64,000 nucleotides of DNA from the human T2T-CHM13v2.0 reference genome, Homo sapiens: the NCBI RefSeq assembly GCF_009914755.1, contig NC_060926.1; one strand, 5' to 3'. This document shows, in pieces, positions 1 through 12,072 of the stretch (position 1 is the stretch's first letter; each line of letters begins with the position of its first letter). Position numbers and translations under genes: made by a program. Below the pieces are notes generated by a model, which did no database searches, was not told the origin of the DNA, and saw nothing but the letters and a program-made list of their open reading frames with translations.

Positions 1-135
1 AGATAGAAGCAATGTCAGAAACTTTTTCATGATGTATCTACTCAGCTAACAGAGTTGAACCTTTCTTTTGAGAGAGCAGTTTTGAAACACTCTTTTTGTG
101 GAATCTGCAAGTGGATATTTGTCTAGCTTTGAGGA

Positions 136-152
136 TTTCGTTGGAAACGGGA
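136..152 (+). promoter_or_regulatory. CENP-B box in monomer A (representative; recurs in each A-type 3' half)
   Basis: TTTCGTTGGAAACGGGA matches the 17-bp NTTCGNNNNANNCGGGN CENP-B binding consensus. Confidence 0.97.
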
Positions 153-302
153 TTACATATAAAAAGCAGACAGCAGCATTCCCAGTAACTTCTTTGTGAT
201 GTTTGCATTCAAGTCACAGAGTTGAACATTCCCTTTCATAGAGCAGGTTTGAAACAGTCTTTTTGTAGTATCTGGATGTGGACATTTGGAGCGCTTTCAG
301 GC

Positions 303-319
303 CTATGGTGAAAAAGGAA
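303..319 (+). promoter_or_regulatory. pJalpha-type box in monomer B (equivalent CTACGGTGAAAAAGGAA in D)
   Basis: CTATGGTGAAAAAGGAA occupies the position homologous to the CENP-B box in the non-CENP-B monomers. Confidence 0.8.
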
Positions 320-473
320 ATATCTTCCCCTGAAAACTAGACAGAAGCATTCTCAGAATCTTATTTGTGATGTGCGCCCTCAACTAACAGTGTTGAAGCT
401 TTCTTTTGATAGAGCAGTTTTGAAACACTCTTTTTGTAAAATCTGCAAGAGGATATTTGGATAGCTTTGAGGA

Positions 474-490
474 TTTCGTTGGAAACGGGA
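474..490 (+). promoter_or_regulatory. CENP-B box in monomer C (representative); boxes alternate at 338/342-bp spacing
   Basis: TTTCGTTGGAAACGGGA at 474-490; previous box at 136, next at 816. Confidence 0.97.
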
Positions 491-1198
491 TTGTCTTCAT
501 ATAAACTCTAGACAGAAGCATTCTCAGAAGCTTCATTGGGATGTTTCAATTGAAGTCACAGTGTTGAACAGTCCCTTTCATAGAGCAGGTTTGAAACACT
601 CTTTTTGTAGTATCTGGAAGTGGACATTTGGAGCGCTCTCAGGACTACGGTGAAAAAGGAATTATCTTCCAATAAAAGCTACATAGAAGCAATGTCAGAA
701 ACTTTTTCATGATGTATCTACTCAGCTAACAGAGTTGAACCTTTCTTTTGAGAGAGCAGTTTTGAAACACTCTTTTTGTGGAATCTGCAAGTGGATATTT
801 GTCTAGCTGTGAGGATTTCGTTGGAAACGGGATTACATATAAAAAGCAGACAGCAGCATTCCCAGAAACTTCTTTGTGATGTTTGCATTCAAGTCACAGA
901 GTTGAACATTCCCTTTCATAGAGCAGGTTTGAAACACTCTTTTTGTAGTATCTGGATGTGGACATTTGGAGCACGTTCAGGCCTATGGTGTAAAAGGAAA
1001 TATCTTCCCCTGAAAACTAGACAGAAGCATTCTCAGAATCTTATTTGTGATGTGCGCCCTCAACTAACAGTGTTGAAGCTTTCTTTTGATAGAGCAGTTT
1101 TGAAACACTCTTTTTGTAAAATCTGCAAGAGGATATTTGGATAGATTTGAGGATTTCGTTGGAAACGGGATTGTCTTCATATAAACTCTAGACAGAAG

Positions 1199-1536
1199 CA
1201 TTCTCAGAAGCTTCATTGGGATGTTTCAATTGAAGTCACAGTGTTGAACAGTCCCTTTCATAGAGCAGGTTTGAAACACTCTTTTTGTAGTATCTGGATG
1301 TGGACATTTGGAGCGCTTTCAGGCCTATGGTGAAAAAGGAAATATCTTCCCCTGAAAACTAGACAGAAGCATTCTCAGAAACTTATTTGTGATGTGCGCC
1401 CTCAACTAACAGTGTTGAAGCTTTCTTTTGATAGAGCAGTTTTGAAACACTCTTTTTGTGCAATCTGCAAGTGGATATTTGTCTAGCTTTGAGGATTTCG
1501 TTGGAAACGGGATTACATATAAAATGCAGACAGCAG
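1199..1536 (+). repeat. Length-neutral hybrid HOR variant (D/B followed by C/A chimeric monomers); first of about 21 copies
   Basis: D 5' half (GCTTCATTGGGATG) joined to B 3' half (GGATGTGGAC...CGCTTTCAGGCC), then C 5' half (GTGCGCCCTC) joined to A 3' half (GTCTAG...GATTACATATA). The 680-bp phase is retained. Confidence 0.9.
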
Positions 1537-4500
1537 CATTCCCAGAATCTTCTTTGTGATGTTTGCATTCAAGTCACAGAGTTGAACATTCCCTTTCATA
1601 GAGCAGGTTTGAAACACTCTTTTTATAGTATCTTGATGTGGACATTTGGAGCGCTTTCAGGCCCATGGTGAAAAAGGAAATATCTTCTCCTGAAAACTAG
1701 ACAGAAGCATTCTCAGAATCTTATTTGTGATGTGCGCCCTCAACTAACAGTGTTGAAGCTTTCTTTTGTTAGAGCAGTTTTGAAACACTCTTTTTGTAAA
1801 ATCTGCAAGAGGATATTTGGATAGCTATGAGGATTTCATTGGAAACGGGATTGTCTTCATATAAACTCTAGACAGAAGCATTCTCAGAAGCTTCATTGGG
1901 ATGTTTCAATTGAAGTCACAGTGTTGAACAGTCCCTTTCATAGAGCAGGTTTGAAACACTCTTTTTGTAGTATCTGGAAGTGGACATTTGGAGCGCTCTC
2001 AGGACTACGGTGAAAAAGGAAATATCTTCCAATAAAAGCTACATAGAAGCAATGTCAGAAACTTTTTCATGATGTATCTACTCAGCTAACAGAGTTGAAC
2101 CTTTCTTTTGAGAGAGCAGTTTTGAAACACTCTTTTTGTGGAATCTGGAAGTGGATATTTGTCTAGCTTTGAGGATTTCGTTGGAAACGGGATTACATAT
2201 AAAAAGCAGACAGCAGCATTCCCAGTAACTTCTTTGTGATGTTTGCATTCAAGTCACAGAGTTGAACATTCCCTTTCATAGAGCAGGTTTGAAACACTCT
2301 TTTTGTAGTATCAGGATGTGGACATTTGGAGCGCTTTCAGGCCTATGGTGAAAAAGGAAATATCTTCCCCTGAAAACTAGACAGAAGCATTCTCAGAATC
2401 TTATTTGTGATGTGCGCCCTCAACTAACAGTGTTGAAGCTTTCTTTTGATAGAGCAGTTTTGAAACACTCTTTTTGTAAAATCTGCAAGAGGATATTTGG
2501 ATAGCTTTGAGGATTTCGTTGGAACGGGATTGTCTTCATATAAACTCTAGACAGAAGCATTCTCAGAAGCTTCATTGGGATGTTTCAATTGAAGTCACAG
2601 TGTTGAACAGTCCCTTTCATAGAGCAGGTTTAGAAACACTCTTTTTGTAGTATCTGGAAGTGGACATTTGGAGAGATCTCAGGACTACGGTGAAAAAGGA
2701 AATATCTTCCAATAAAAGCTAGATAGAAGAAATGTCAGAAACTTTTTCATGATGTATCTACTCAGCTAACAGAGTTGAACCTTTCTTTTGAGAGAGCAGT
2801 TTTGAAACACTCTTTTTGTGGAATATGCAAGTGGATATTTGTCTAGCTTTGAGGATTTCGTTGGAAACGGGATTACATATAAAAAGCAGACAGCAGCATT
2901 CCCAGAAACTTCTTTGTGATGTTTGCATTCAAGTCACAGAGTTGAACATTCCCTTTCATAGAGCAGGTTTGAAACACTCTTTTTGTAGTATCTGGATGTG
3001 GACATTTGGAGCACTTTCAGGCCTATGGTGAAAAAGGAAATATCTTCCCCCGAAAACTAGACAGAAGCATTCTCAGAATGTTATTTGTGATGTGCGCCCT
3101 CAACTAACAGTGTTGAAGCTTTCTTTTGATAGAGCAGTTTTGAAACACTCTTTTTGTAAAATCTGCAAGAGGATATTTGGATAGCTTTGAGGATTTCGTT
3201 GGAAACGGGATTGTCTTCATATAAACTCTAGACAGAAGCATTCTCAGAAGCTTCATTGGGATGTTTCAATTGAAGTCACAGTGTTTAACAGTCCCTTTCA
3301 TAGAGCAGGTTTGAAACACACTTTTTGTAGTATCTGGAAGTGGACATTTGGGGCGCTCTCAGGACTACGGTGAAAAAGGAAATATCTTCCAATAAAAGCT
3401 AGATAGAAGCAATGTCAGAAACTTTTTCATGATGTATCTACTCAGCTAACAGATTTGAACCTTTCTTTTGAGAGAGCAGTTTTAAAACACTCTTTTTGTG
3501 GAATATGCAAGTGGATATTTGTCTAGCTTTGAGGATTTCTTTGGAAACAGGATTACATATAAAAAGCAGACAGCAGCATTCCCAGAATCTTGTTTGTGAT
3601 GTTTGTATTCAAGTCACAGGGTTGTACATTCCCTTTCAGAGAGCAGGTTTGAAACACTCTTTTTATAGAATCTGGATGTGGACATTTGGAGCGCTTTCAG
3701 GCCTATGGTGAAAAAGGAAATATCTTCTCCTGAAAACTAGACAGAAGCATTCTCAGAATCTTATTTGTGATGTGCGCCCTCAACTAACAGTGTTGAAGCT
3801 TTCTTTTGATAGAGCAGTTTTGAAACACTCTTTTTGTAAAATCTGCAAGAGGATATTTGGATAGCTTTGAGGATTTCATTGGAAACGGGATTGTCTTCAT
3901 ATAAACTCTAGACAGAAGCATTCTCAGAAGCTTCATTGGGATGTTTCAATTGAAGTCACAGTGTTGAACAGTCCCTTTCATAGAGCAGGTTTGAAACACT
4001 CTTTTTGTAGTATCTGCAAGTGGACATTTGGAGCGCTCTCAGGACTACGGTGAAAAAGGAAATATCTTCCAATAAAAGCTACATAGAAGCAATGTCAGAA
4101 ACTTTTTCATGATGTATCTACTCAGCTAACAGAGTTGAACCTTTCTTTTGAGAGAGCACTTTTGAAACACTCTTTTTGTGGAATCTGCAAGTGGATATTT
4201 GTCTAGCTTTGAGGATTTCGTTGGAAACGGGATTACATATAAAAAGCAGACAGCAGCATTCCCAGTAACTTCTTTGTGATGTTTGCATTCAAGTCACAGA
4301 GTTGAACATTCCCTTTCATAGAGCAGGTTTGAAACACTCTTTTTGTAGTATCTGGATGTGGACATTTGGAGCGCTTTCAGGCCTATGGTGAAAAAGGAAA
4401 TATCTTCCCCTGAAAACTAGACAGAAGCATTCTCAGAATCTTATTTGTGATGTGCGCCCTCAACTAACAGTGTTGAAGCTTTCTTTTGATAGAGCAGTTT

Positions 4501-5278
4501 TGAAACACTCTCTTTGTAAAATCTGCAAGAGGATATTTGGATAGCTGTGAGGATTTCGTTGGAAACGGGATTGTCTTCATATAAACTCTAGACAGAAGCA
4601 TTCTCAGAAGCTTCATTGGGATGTTTCAATTGAAGTCACAGTGTTGAACAGTCCCTTTCATAGAGCAGGTTTGAAACACTCTTTTTGTAGTATCTGGATG
4701 TGGACATTTGGAGCGCTTTCAGGTCTATGGTGAAAAAGGAAATATCTTCCCCTGAAAACTAGACAGAAGCATTCTCAGAAACTTATTTGTGATGTGCGCC
4801 CTCAACTAACAGTGTTGAAGCTTTCTTTTGATAGAGCAGTTTTGAAACACTCTTTTTGTGGAATCTGCAAGTGGATATTTGTCTAGCTTTGAGGATTTCG
4901 TTGGAAACAGGATTACATATAAAAAGCAGACAGCAGCATTCCCAGTAACTTCTTTGTGATGTTTGCATTCAACTCCCAGAGTTGAACATTCCCTTTCATA
5001 GAGCAGGTTTGAAACACTCTTTTTGTAGTATCTGGATGTGGAAATTTGGAGCGCTTTCAGGCCTATGGTGAAAAAGGAAATATCTTCCCCTGAAAACTAG
5101 ACAGAAGCATTCTCAGAATCTTATTTGTGATGTGCGCCCTCAACTAACAGTGTTGAAGCTTTCTTTTGATAGAGCAGTTTTGAAACACTCTTTTTGTAAA
5201 ATCTGCAAGAGGATATTTGGATAGCTGTGAGGATTTCGTTGGAAACGGGATTGTCTTCATATAAACTCTAGACAGCAG

Positions 5279-5449
5279 CATTCCCAGAATCTTCTTTGTG
5301 ATGTTTGCATTCAACTCCCAGAGATGAACATTCCCTTTCATAGAGCAGGTTTGAAACACTCTTTTTGTAGTATCTGCAAGTGGACATTTGGAGCGCTCTC
5401 AGGACTACGGTGAAAAAGGAAATATCTTCCAATAAAAGCTAGATAGAAG
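5279..5449 (+). repeat. B/D chimeric monomer occupying a D position
   Basis: After monomer C the sequence reads GACAGCAG CATTCCCAG...GTTTGCATTC (B-type), then resumes D-type GCGCTCTCAGGACTACGG...CCAATAAAAGCT. Confidence 0.88.
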
Positions 5450-8400
5450 CAATGTCAGAAACTTTTTCATGATGTATCTACTCAGCTAACAGAGTTGAAC
5501 CTTTCTTTTGAGAGAGCAGTTTTGAAACACTGTTTTTGTGGAATCTGCAAGTGGATATTTGTCTAGCTTTGAGGATTTCGTTGGAAACGGGATTACATAT
5601 AAAAAGCAGACAGCAGCATTCCCAGAAACTTCTTTGTGAAGTTTGCATTCAAGTCACAGAGTTGAACATTCCCTTTCATAGAGCAGGTTTGAAACACTCT
5701 TTTTGTAGTATCTGTATGTGGACATTTGGAGCGCTTTCAGGCCTATGGTGAAAAAGGAAATATCTTCCCCTGAAAACTAGACAGAAGCATTCTCAGAAAC
5801 TTATTTGTGATGTGCGCCCTCAACTAACAGTGTTGAAGCTTTCTTTTGATAGAGCAGTTTTGAAACACTCTTTTTGTAAAATCTGCAAGAGGATATTTGG
5901 ATAGCTTTGAGGATTTCGTTGGAAACGGGATTGTCTTCATGTAAACTCTAGACAGAAGCATTCTCAGAAGCTTCATTGGGATGTTTCAATTGAAGTCACA
6001 GTGTTGAACAGTCCCTTTCATAGAGCAGGTTTGAAACACTCTTTTTGTAGTATCTGGAAGTGGACATTTGGAGAGATCTCAGGACTACGGTGACAAAGGA
6101 AATATCTTCCAATAAAAGCTAGATAGAAGAAATGTCAGAAACTTTTTCATGATGTATCTACTCAGCTAACAGAGTTGAACCTTTCTTTTGAGAGAGCAGT
6201 TTTGAAACACTCTTTTTGTGGAATCTGCAAGTGGATATTTGTCTAGCTTTGAGGATTTCGTTGGAAACGGGATTACATATAAAAAGCAGACAGCAGCATT
6301 CCCAGAAACTTCTTTGTGATGTTGCATTCAAGTCACAGAGTTGAACGTTCCCTTTCATAGAGCAGGTTTGAAACACTCTTTTTGTAGTATCTGGATGTGG
6401 ACATTTGGAGCGCTTTCAGGCCTATGGTGAAAAAGGAAATATCTTCCCCTGAAAACTAGACAGAAGCATTCTCAGAATCTTATTTGTGATGTGCGCCCTC
6501 AACTAACAGTGTTGAAGCTTTCTTTTGATAGAGCAGTTTTGAAACACTCTTTTTGTAAAATCTGCAAGAGGATATTTGGATAGCTTTGAGGATTTCGTTG
6601 GAAACGGGATTGTCTTCATATAAACTCTAGACAGAAGCATTCTCAGAAGCTTCATTGGGATGTTTCAATTGAAGTCACAGTGTTGAACAGTCCCTTTCAT
6701 AGAGCAGGTTTGAAACACTCTTTTTGTAGTATCTGGAAGAGGACATTTGGAGCGCTCTCAGGACTACGGTGAAAAAGGAAATATCTTCTAATAAAAGCTA
6801 CATAGAAGCAATGTCAGAAACTTTTTCATGATGTATCTACTCAGCTAACAGAGTTGAACCTTTCCTTTGAGAGAGCAGTTTTGAAACACTCTTTTTGTGG
6901 AATCTGCAAGTGGATATTTGTCTAGCTTTGAGGATTTCGTTGGAAACGGGATTACATATAAAAAGCAGACAGCAGCATTCCCAGAATCTTCTTTGTGATG
7001 TTTGCATTCAAGTCACAGAGTTGAACATTCCCTTTCAGAGAGCAGGTTTGAAACACTCTTTTTATAGAATCTGGATGTGGACATTTGGAGCGCTTTCAGG
7101 CCTATGGTGAAAAAGGAAATATCTTCCTCTGAAAACTAGACAGAAGCATTCTCAGAATCTTATTTGTGATGTGCGCCCTCAACTAACAGTGTTGAAGCTT
7201 TCTTTTGATAGATCAGTTTTGAAACACACTTTTTGTAAAATCTGCAAGAGGATATTTGGATAGCTTTGAGGATTTCATTGGAAACGGGACTGTCTTCATA
7301 ATAACTCTAGACAGAAGCATTCTCAGAAGCTTCATTGGGATGTTTCAATTGAAGTCACAGTGTTGAACAGTCCCTTTCATAGAGCAGGTTTGAAACACTC
7401 TTTTTGTAGTATCTGGAAGTGGACATTTGGAGAGATCTCAGGACTACGGTGAAAAAGGAAATATCTTCCAATAAAAGCTAGATAGAAGCAATGTCAGAAA
7501 CTTTTTCATGATGTGTCTACTCAGCTAACAGAGTTGAACCTTTCTTTTGAGAGAGCAGTTTTGAAACACTCATTTTGTGGAATCTGCAAGTGGATATTTG
7601 TCTAGCTTTGAGGATTTCGTTGGAAACGGGATTACATATAAAAAGCAGACAGCAGCATTCCCAGTAACTTCTTTGTGATGTTTGCATTCAAGTCACAGAG
7701 TTGAACATTCCCTTTCATAGAGCAGGTTTGAAACACTCTTTTTGTAGTATCTCGATGTGGACATTTGGAGCGTTTTCAGGCCTATGGTGAAAAAGGAAAT
7801 ATCTTCCCCTGAAAACTAGACAGAAGCATTCTCAGAATCTTATTTGTGATGTGCGCCCTCAACTAACAGTGTTGAAGCTTTCTTTTGATAGAGCAGTTTT
7901 GAAACACTCTTTTTGTAAAATCTGCAAGAGGATATTTGGATAGCTTTGAGGATTTAATTGGTAACGGGATTGTCTTCATATAAACTCTAGACAGAAGCAT
8001 TCTCAGAAGCTTCATTGGGATGTTTCAATTGAATTCACAGTGTTGAACAGTCCCTTTCATAGAGCAGGTTTGAAACACTCTTTTTGTAGTATCTTGAAGT
8101 GGACATTTGGAGCGCTCTCAGGACTGCGGTGAAAAAGGAAATATCTTCCAATAAAAGCTAGATGGAAGCAATGTCAGAAACTTTTTCATGATGTATCTAC
8201 TCAGCTAACAGAGTTGAACCTTTCTTTTGAGAGAGCAGTTTTGAAACACTCTTTTTGTGGAATCTGCAAGTGGATACTTGTCTAGCTTTGAGGATTTCGT
8301 TGGAAACGGGATTACATATAAAAAGCAGGCAGCAGCATTCCTAGAAACTTCTTTGTGATGTTTGCATTCAAGTCACAGAGTTGCACATTCCCTTTCATAG

Positions 8401-11400
8401 AGCAGGTTTGAAACACTCTTTTTGTAGTATCTGGATGTGGACATTTGGAGCGCTTTCAGGCCTATGGTGAAAAAGGAAATATCTTCCCCTGAAAAGTAGA
8501 CAGAAGCATTCTCAGAAACTTATTTGTGATGTGCGCCCTCAACTAACAGTGTTGAAGCTTTCTTTTGATAGAGCAGTTTTGAAACACTCTTTTTGTAAAA
8601 TCTGCAAGAGGATATTTGGATAGCTTTGAGGATTTCGTTGGAAACGGGATTGTCTTCATATAAACTCTAGACAGAAGCATTCTCAGAAGCTTCATTGGGA
8701 TGTTTCAATTGAAGTCACAGTGTTGAACAGTTCCTTTCATAGAGCAGGTTTGAAACACTCTTTTTGTAGTATCTGGAAGTGGACATTTGGAGCGCCCTCA
8801 GGACTACGGTGAAAAAGGAAATATCTTCCAATAAAAGCTACATAGAAGCAATGTCAGAAACTTTTTCATGATGTATCTACTCAGCTAACAGAGTTGAACC
8901 TTCCTTTGAGAGAGCAGTTTTGAAACACTCTTTTTGTGGAATCTGCAAGTGGATATTTGTCTAGCTTTGAGGATTTCGTTGGAAACGGGATTACATATAA
9001 AAAACAGACAGCAGCATTCCCAGAAACTTCTTTGTGAAGTTTGCATTCAAGTCACAGAGTTGAACATTCCCTTTCATAGAGCAGGTTTGAAACACTATTT
9101 TTGTAGTATCTGTATGTGGACATTTGGAGCGCTTTCAGGCCTATGGTGAAAAAGGAAATATCTTCCCCTGAAAACTAGACAGAAGCATTCTCAGAATCTT
9201 ATTTGTGATGTGCGCCCTCAACTAACAGTGTTGAAGCTTTCTTTTGATAGAGCAGTTTTGAAACACTCTTTTTGTAAAATCTGCAACAGGATATTTGGAT
9301 AGCTTTGAGGATTTCATTGGAAACGGGATTGTCTTCATATAAACTCTAGACAGAAGCATTCTCAGAAGCTTCATTCGGATGTTTCAATTGAAGTCACAGT
9401 GTTGAACAGTCCCTTTCATAGAGCAGGTTTGAAACACTCTTTTTGTAGTATCTGGAAGTGGACATTTGGAGCGCTCTCAGGACTGCGGTGAAAAAGGAAA
9501 TATCTTCCAATAAAAGCTAGATAGAAGCAATGTCAGAAACTTTTTCATGATGTATCTACTAAGCTAACAGAGTTGAACCTTTCTTTTGAGAGAGCAGTTT
9601 TGAAACACTCTTTTTGTGGAATCTGCAACTGGATACTTGTCTAGCTTTGAGGATTTCGTTGGAAACGGGATTACATATAAAAAGCAGACAGCAGCATTCC
9701 CAGAAACTTCTTTGTGATGTTTGCATTCAAGTCACAGAGTTGAACATTCCCTTTCATAGAGCAGGTTTGAAACACTCTTTTTGTAGTATCTGGATGTGGA
9801 CATTTGGAGCGCTTTCAGGCCTATGGTGAAAAAGGAAATATCTTCCCCTGAAAACTAGACAGAAGCATTCTCAGAAACTTATTTGTGATGTGCGCCCTCA
9901 ACTAACAGTGTTGAAGCTTTCTTTTGATAGAGCAGTTTTGAAACACTCTTTTTGTAAAATCTGCAAGAGGATATTTGGATAGCTTTGAGGATTTCGTTGG
10001 AAACGGGATTGTCTTCATATAAACTCTAGACAGAAGCATTCTCAGAAGCTTCATTGGGATGTTTCAATTGAAGTCACAGTGTTGAACACTCCCTTTCATA
10101 GAGCACGTTTGAATCACTCTTTTTGTAGTATCTGGAAGTGGACATTTGGAGCGCTCTCAGGACTACGGTGAAAAAGGAAATATCTTCTAATAAAAGCTAC
10201 ATAGAAGCAATGTCAGAAACTTTTTCATGATGTATCTACTCAGCTAACACAGTTGAACCTTTCCTTTGAGAGAGCAGTTTTGAAACACTCTTTTTGTGGA
10301 ATCTGCAAGTGGATATTTGTCTAGATTTGAGGATTTCGTTGGAAACGGGATTACATATAAAAAGCAGACAGCAGCATTCCCAGAATCTTGTTTGTGATGT
10401 TTGCATTCAAGTCACAGAGTTGAACATTCCCTTTCAGAGAGCAGGTTTGAAACACTCTTTTTATAGAATCTGGATGTGGACATTTGGAGCGCTTTCAGGC
10501 CTATGGTGAAAAAGGAAATATCTTCTCCTGAAAACTAGACAGAAGCATTCTCAGAATCTTATTTGTGATGTGCGCCCTCAACTAACAGTGTTGAAGCTTT
10601 CTTTTGATAGAGCAGTTTTGAAACACACTTTTTGTAAAATCTGCAAGAGGATATTTGGATAGCTTTGAGGATTTCATTGGAAACGGGACTGTCTTCATAT
10701 AAACTCTAGACAGAAGCATTCTCAGAAGCTTCATTGGGATGTTTCAATTGAAGTCACAGTGTTGAACAGTCCCTTTCATAGAGCAGGTTTGAAACACTCT
10801 TTTTGTAGTATCTGGAAGTGGACATTTGGAGAGATCTCAGGACTACGGTGAAAAAGGAAATATCTTCCAATAAAAGCTAGATAGAAGCAATGTCAGAAAC
10901 TTTTTCATGATGTATCTACTCAGCTAACAGAGTTGAACCTTTCTTTTGAGAGAGCAGATTTGAAACACTCTTTTTGTGGAATCTGGAAGTGGATATTTGT
11001 CTAGCTTTGAGGATTTCGTTGGAAACGGGATTACATATAAAAAGCAGACAGCAGCATTCCCAGTAACTTCTTTGTGATGTTTGCATTCAACTCACAGAGT
11101 TGAACATTCCCTTTCATAGAGCAGGTTTGAAACACTCTTTTTGTAGTATCTGGATGTGGACATTTGGAGCGCTTTCAGGCCTATGGTGAAAAAGGAAATA
11201 TCTTCCCCTGAAAACTAGACAGAAGCATTCTCAGAATCTTATTTGTGATGTGCGCCCTCAACTAACAGTGTTGAAGCTTTCTTTTGATAGAGCAGTTTTG
11301 AAACACTCTTTTTGTAAAATCTGCAAGAGGATATTTGGATAGCTTTGAGGATTTCGTTGGAAACGGGATTGTCTTCATATAAACTCTAGACAGAAGCATT

Positions 11401-11905
11401 CTCAGAAGCTTCATTGGGATGTTTCAATTGAAGTCACAGTGTTGAACAGTCCCTTTCATAGAGCAGGTTTGAAACACTCTTTTTGTAGTATCTGGAAGTG
11501 GACATTTGGAGCGCTCTCACGACTACGGTGAAAAAGGAAGTATCTTCCAATAAAAGCTAGATAGAAGCAATGTCAGAAACTTTTTCATGATGTATCTACT
11601 CAGCTAACAGAGTTGAACCTTTCTTTTGAGAGAGCAGTTTTGAAAAACTCTTTTTGTGGAATCTGGAAGTGGATATTTGTCTAGCTTTGAGGATTTCGTT
11701 GGAAACGGGATTACATATAAAAAGCAGACAGCAGCATTCCCAGTAACTTCTTTGTGATGTTTGCATTCAAGTCACAGAGTTGAACATTCCCTTTCATAGA
11801 GCAGGTTTGAAACACTCTTTTTGTAGTAACTGGATGTGGACATTTGCAGCGCTTTCAGGCCTAAGGTGAAAAAGGAAATATCTTCCCCTGAAAACTAGAC
11901 AGAAG

Positions 11906-12072
11906 CATTCTCAGAAACTTATTTGTGATGTGCGCCCTCAACTAACAATGTTGAAGCTTTCTTTTGATAGAGCAGTTTTGAAACACTCTTTTTGTGGAAT
12001 CTGCAAGTGGATATTTGTCTAGCTTTGAGGATTTCGTTGGAAACGGGATTACATATAAAAAGCAGACAGCAG
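11906..12072 (+). repeat. C/A chimeric monomer producing a 338-bp 2-mer variant (also 16494, 23971, 40967, 41305, 42323)
   Basis: C 5' half switches to A within the shared GAGCAGTTTTGAAACACTCTTTTTGT block; 338-bp phase steps in the ORF track (16242>16580, 23719>24057, 40715>41053>41391, 42071>42409). Confidence 0.9.

Larger units (their letters stand above)
10..689 (+). repeat. Representative canonical 4-mer HOR unit (A 10-176, B 177-347, C 348-518, D 519-689)
   Basis: Monomer starts CAATGTCAG (10), CATTCCCAG (177), CATTCTCAGAATC (348), CATTCTCAGAAGC (519); next A at 690. Lengths 167+171+171+171=680. Confidence 0.95.

Noticed and set aside
515-555. Short dyad symmetries (TTCTCAGAA, GAAGCTTC, TTCAATTGAA) as hairpins or terminators
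   Set aside because: Short palindromes are a known generic property of alpha satellite; they are too short to call as structured RNA or terminators.
671-676. AATAAA polyadenylation-like hexamer in each monomer D
   Set aside because: Expected by chance in AT-rich satellite; the sequence gives no evidence for transcript ends.
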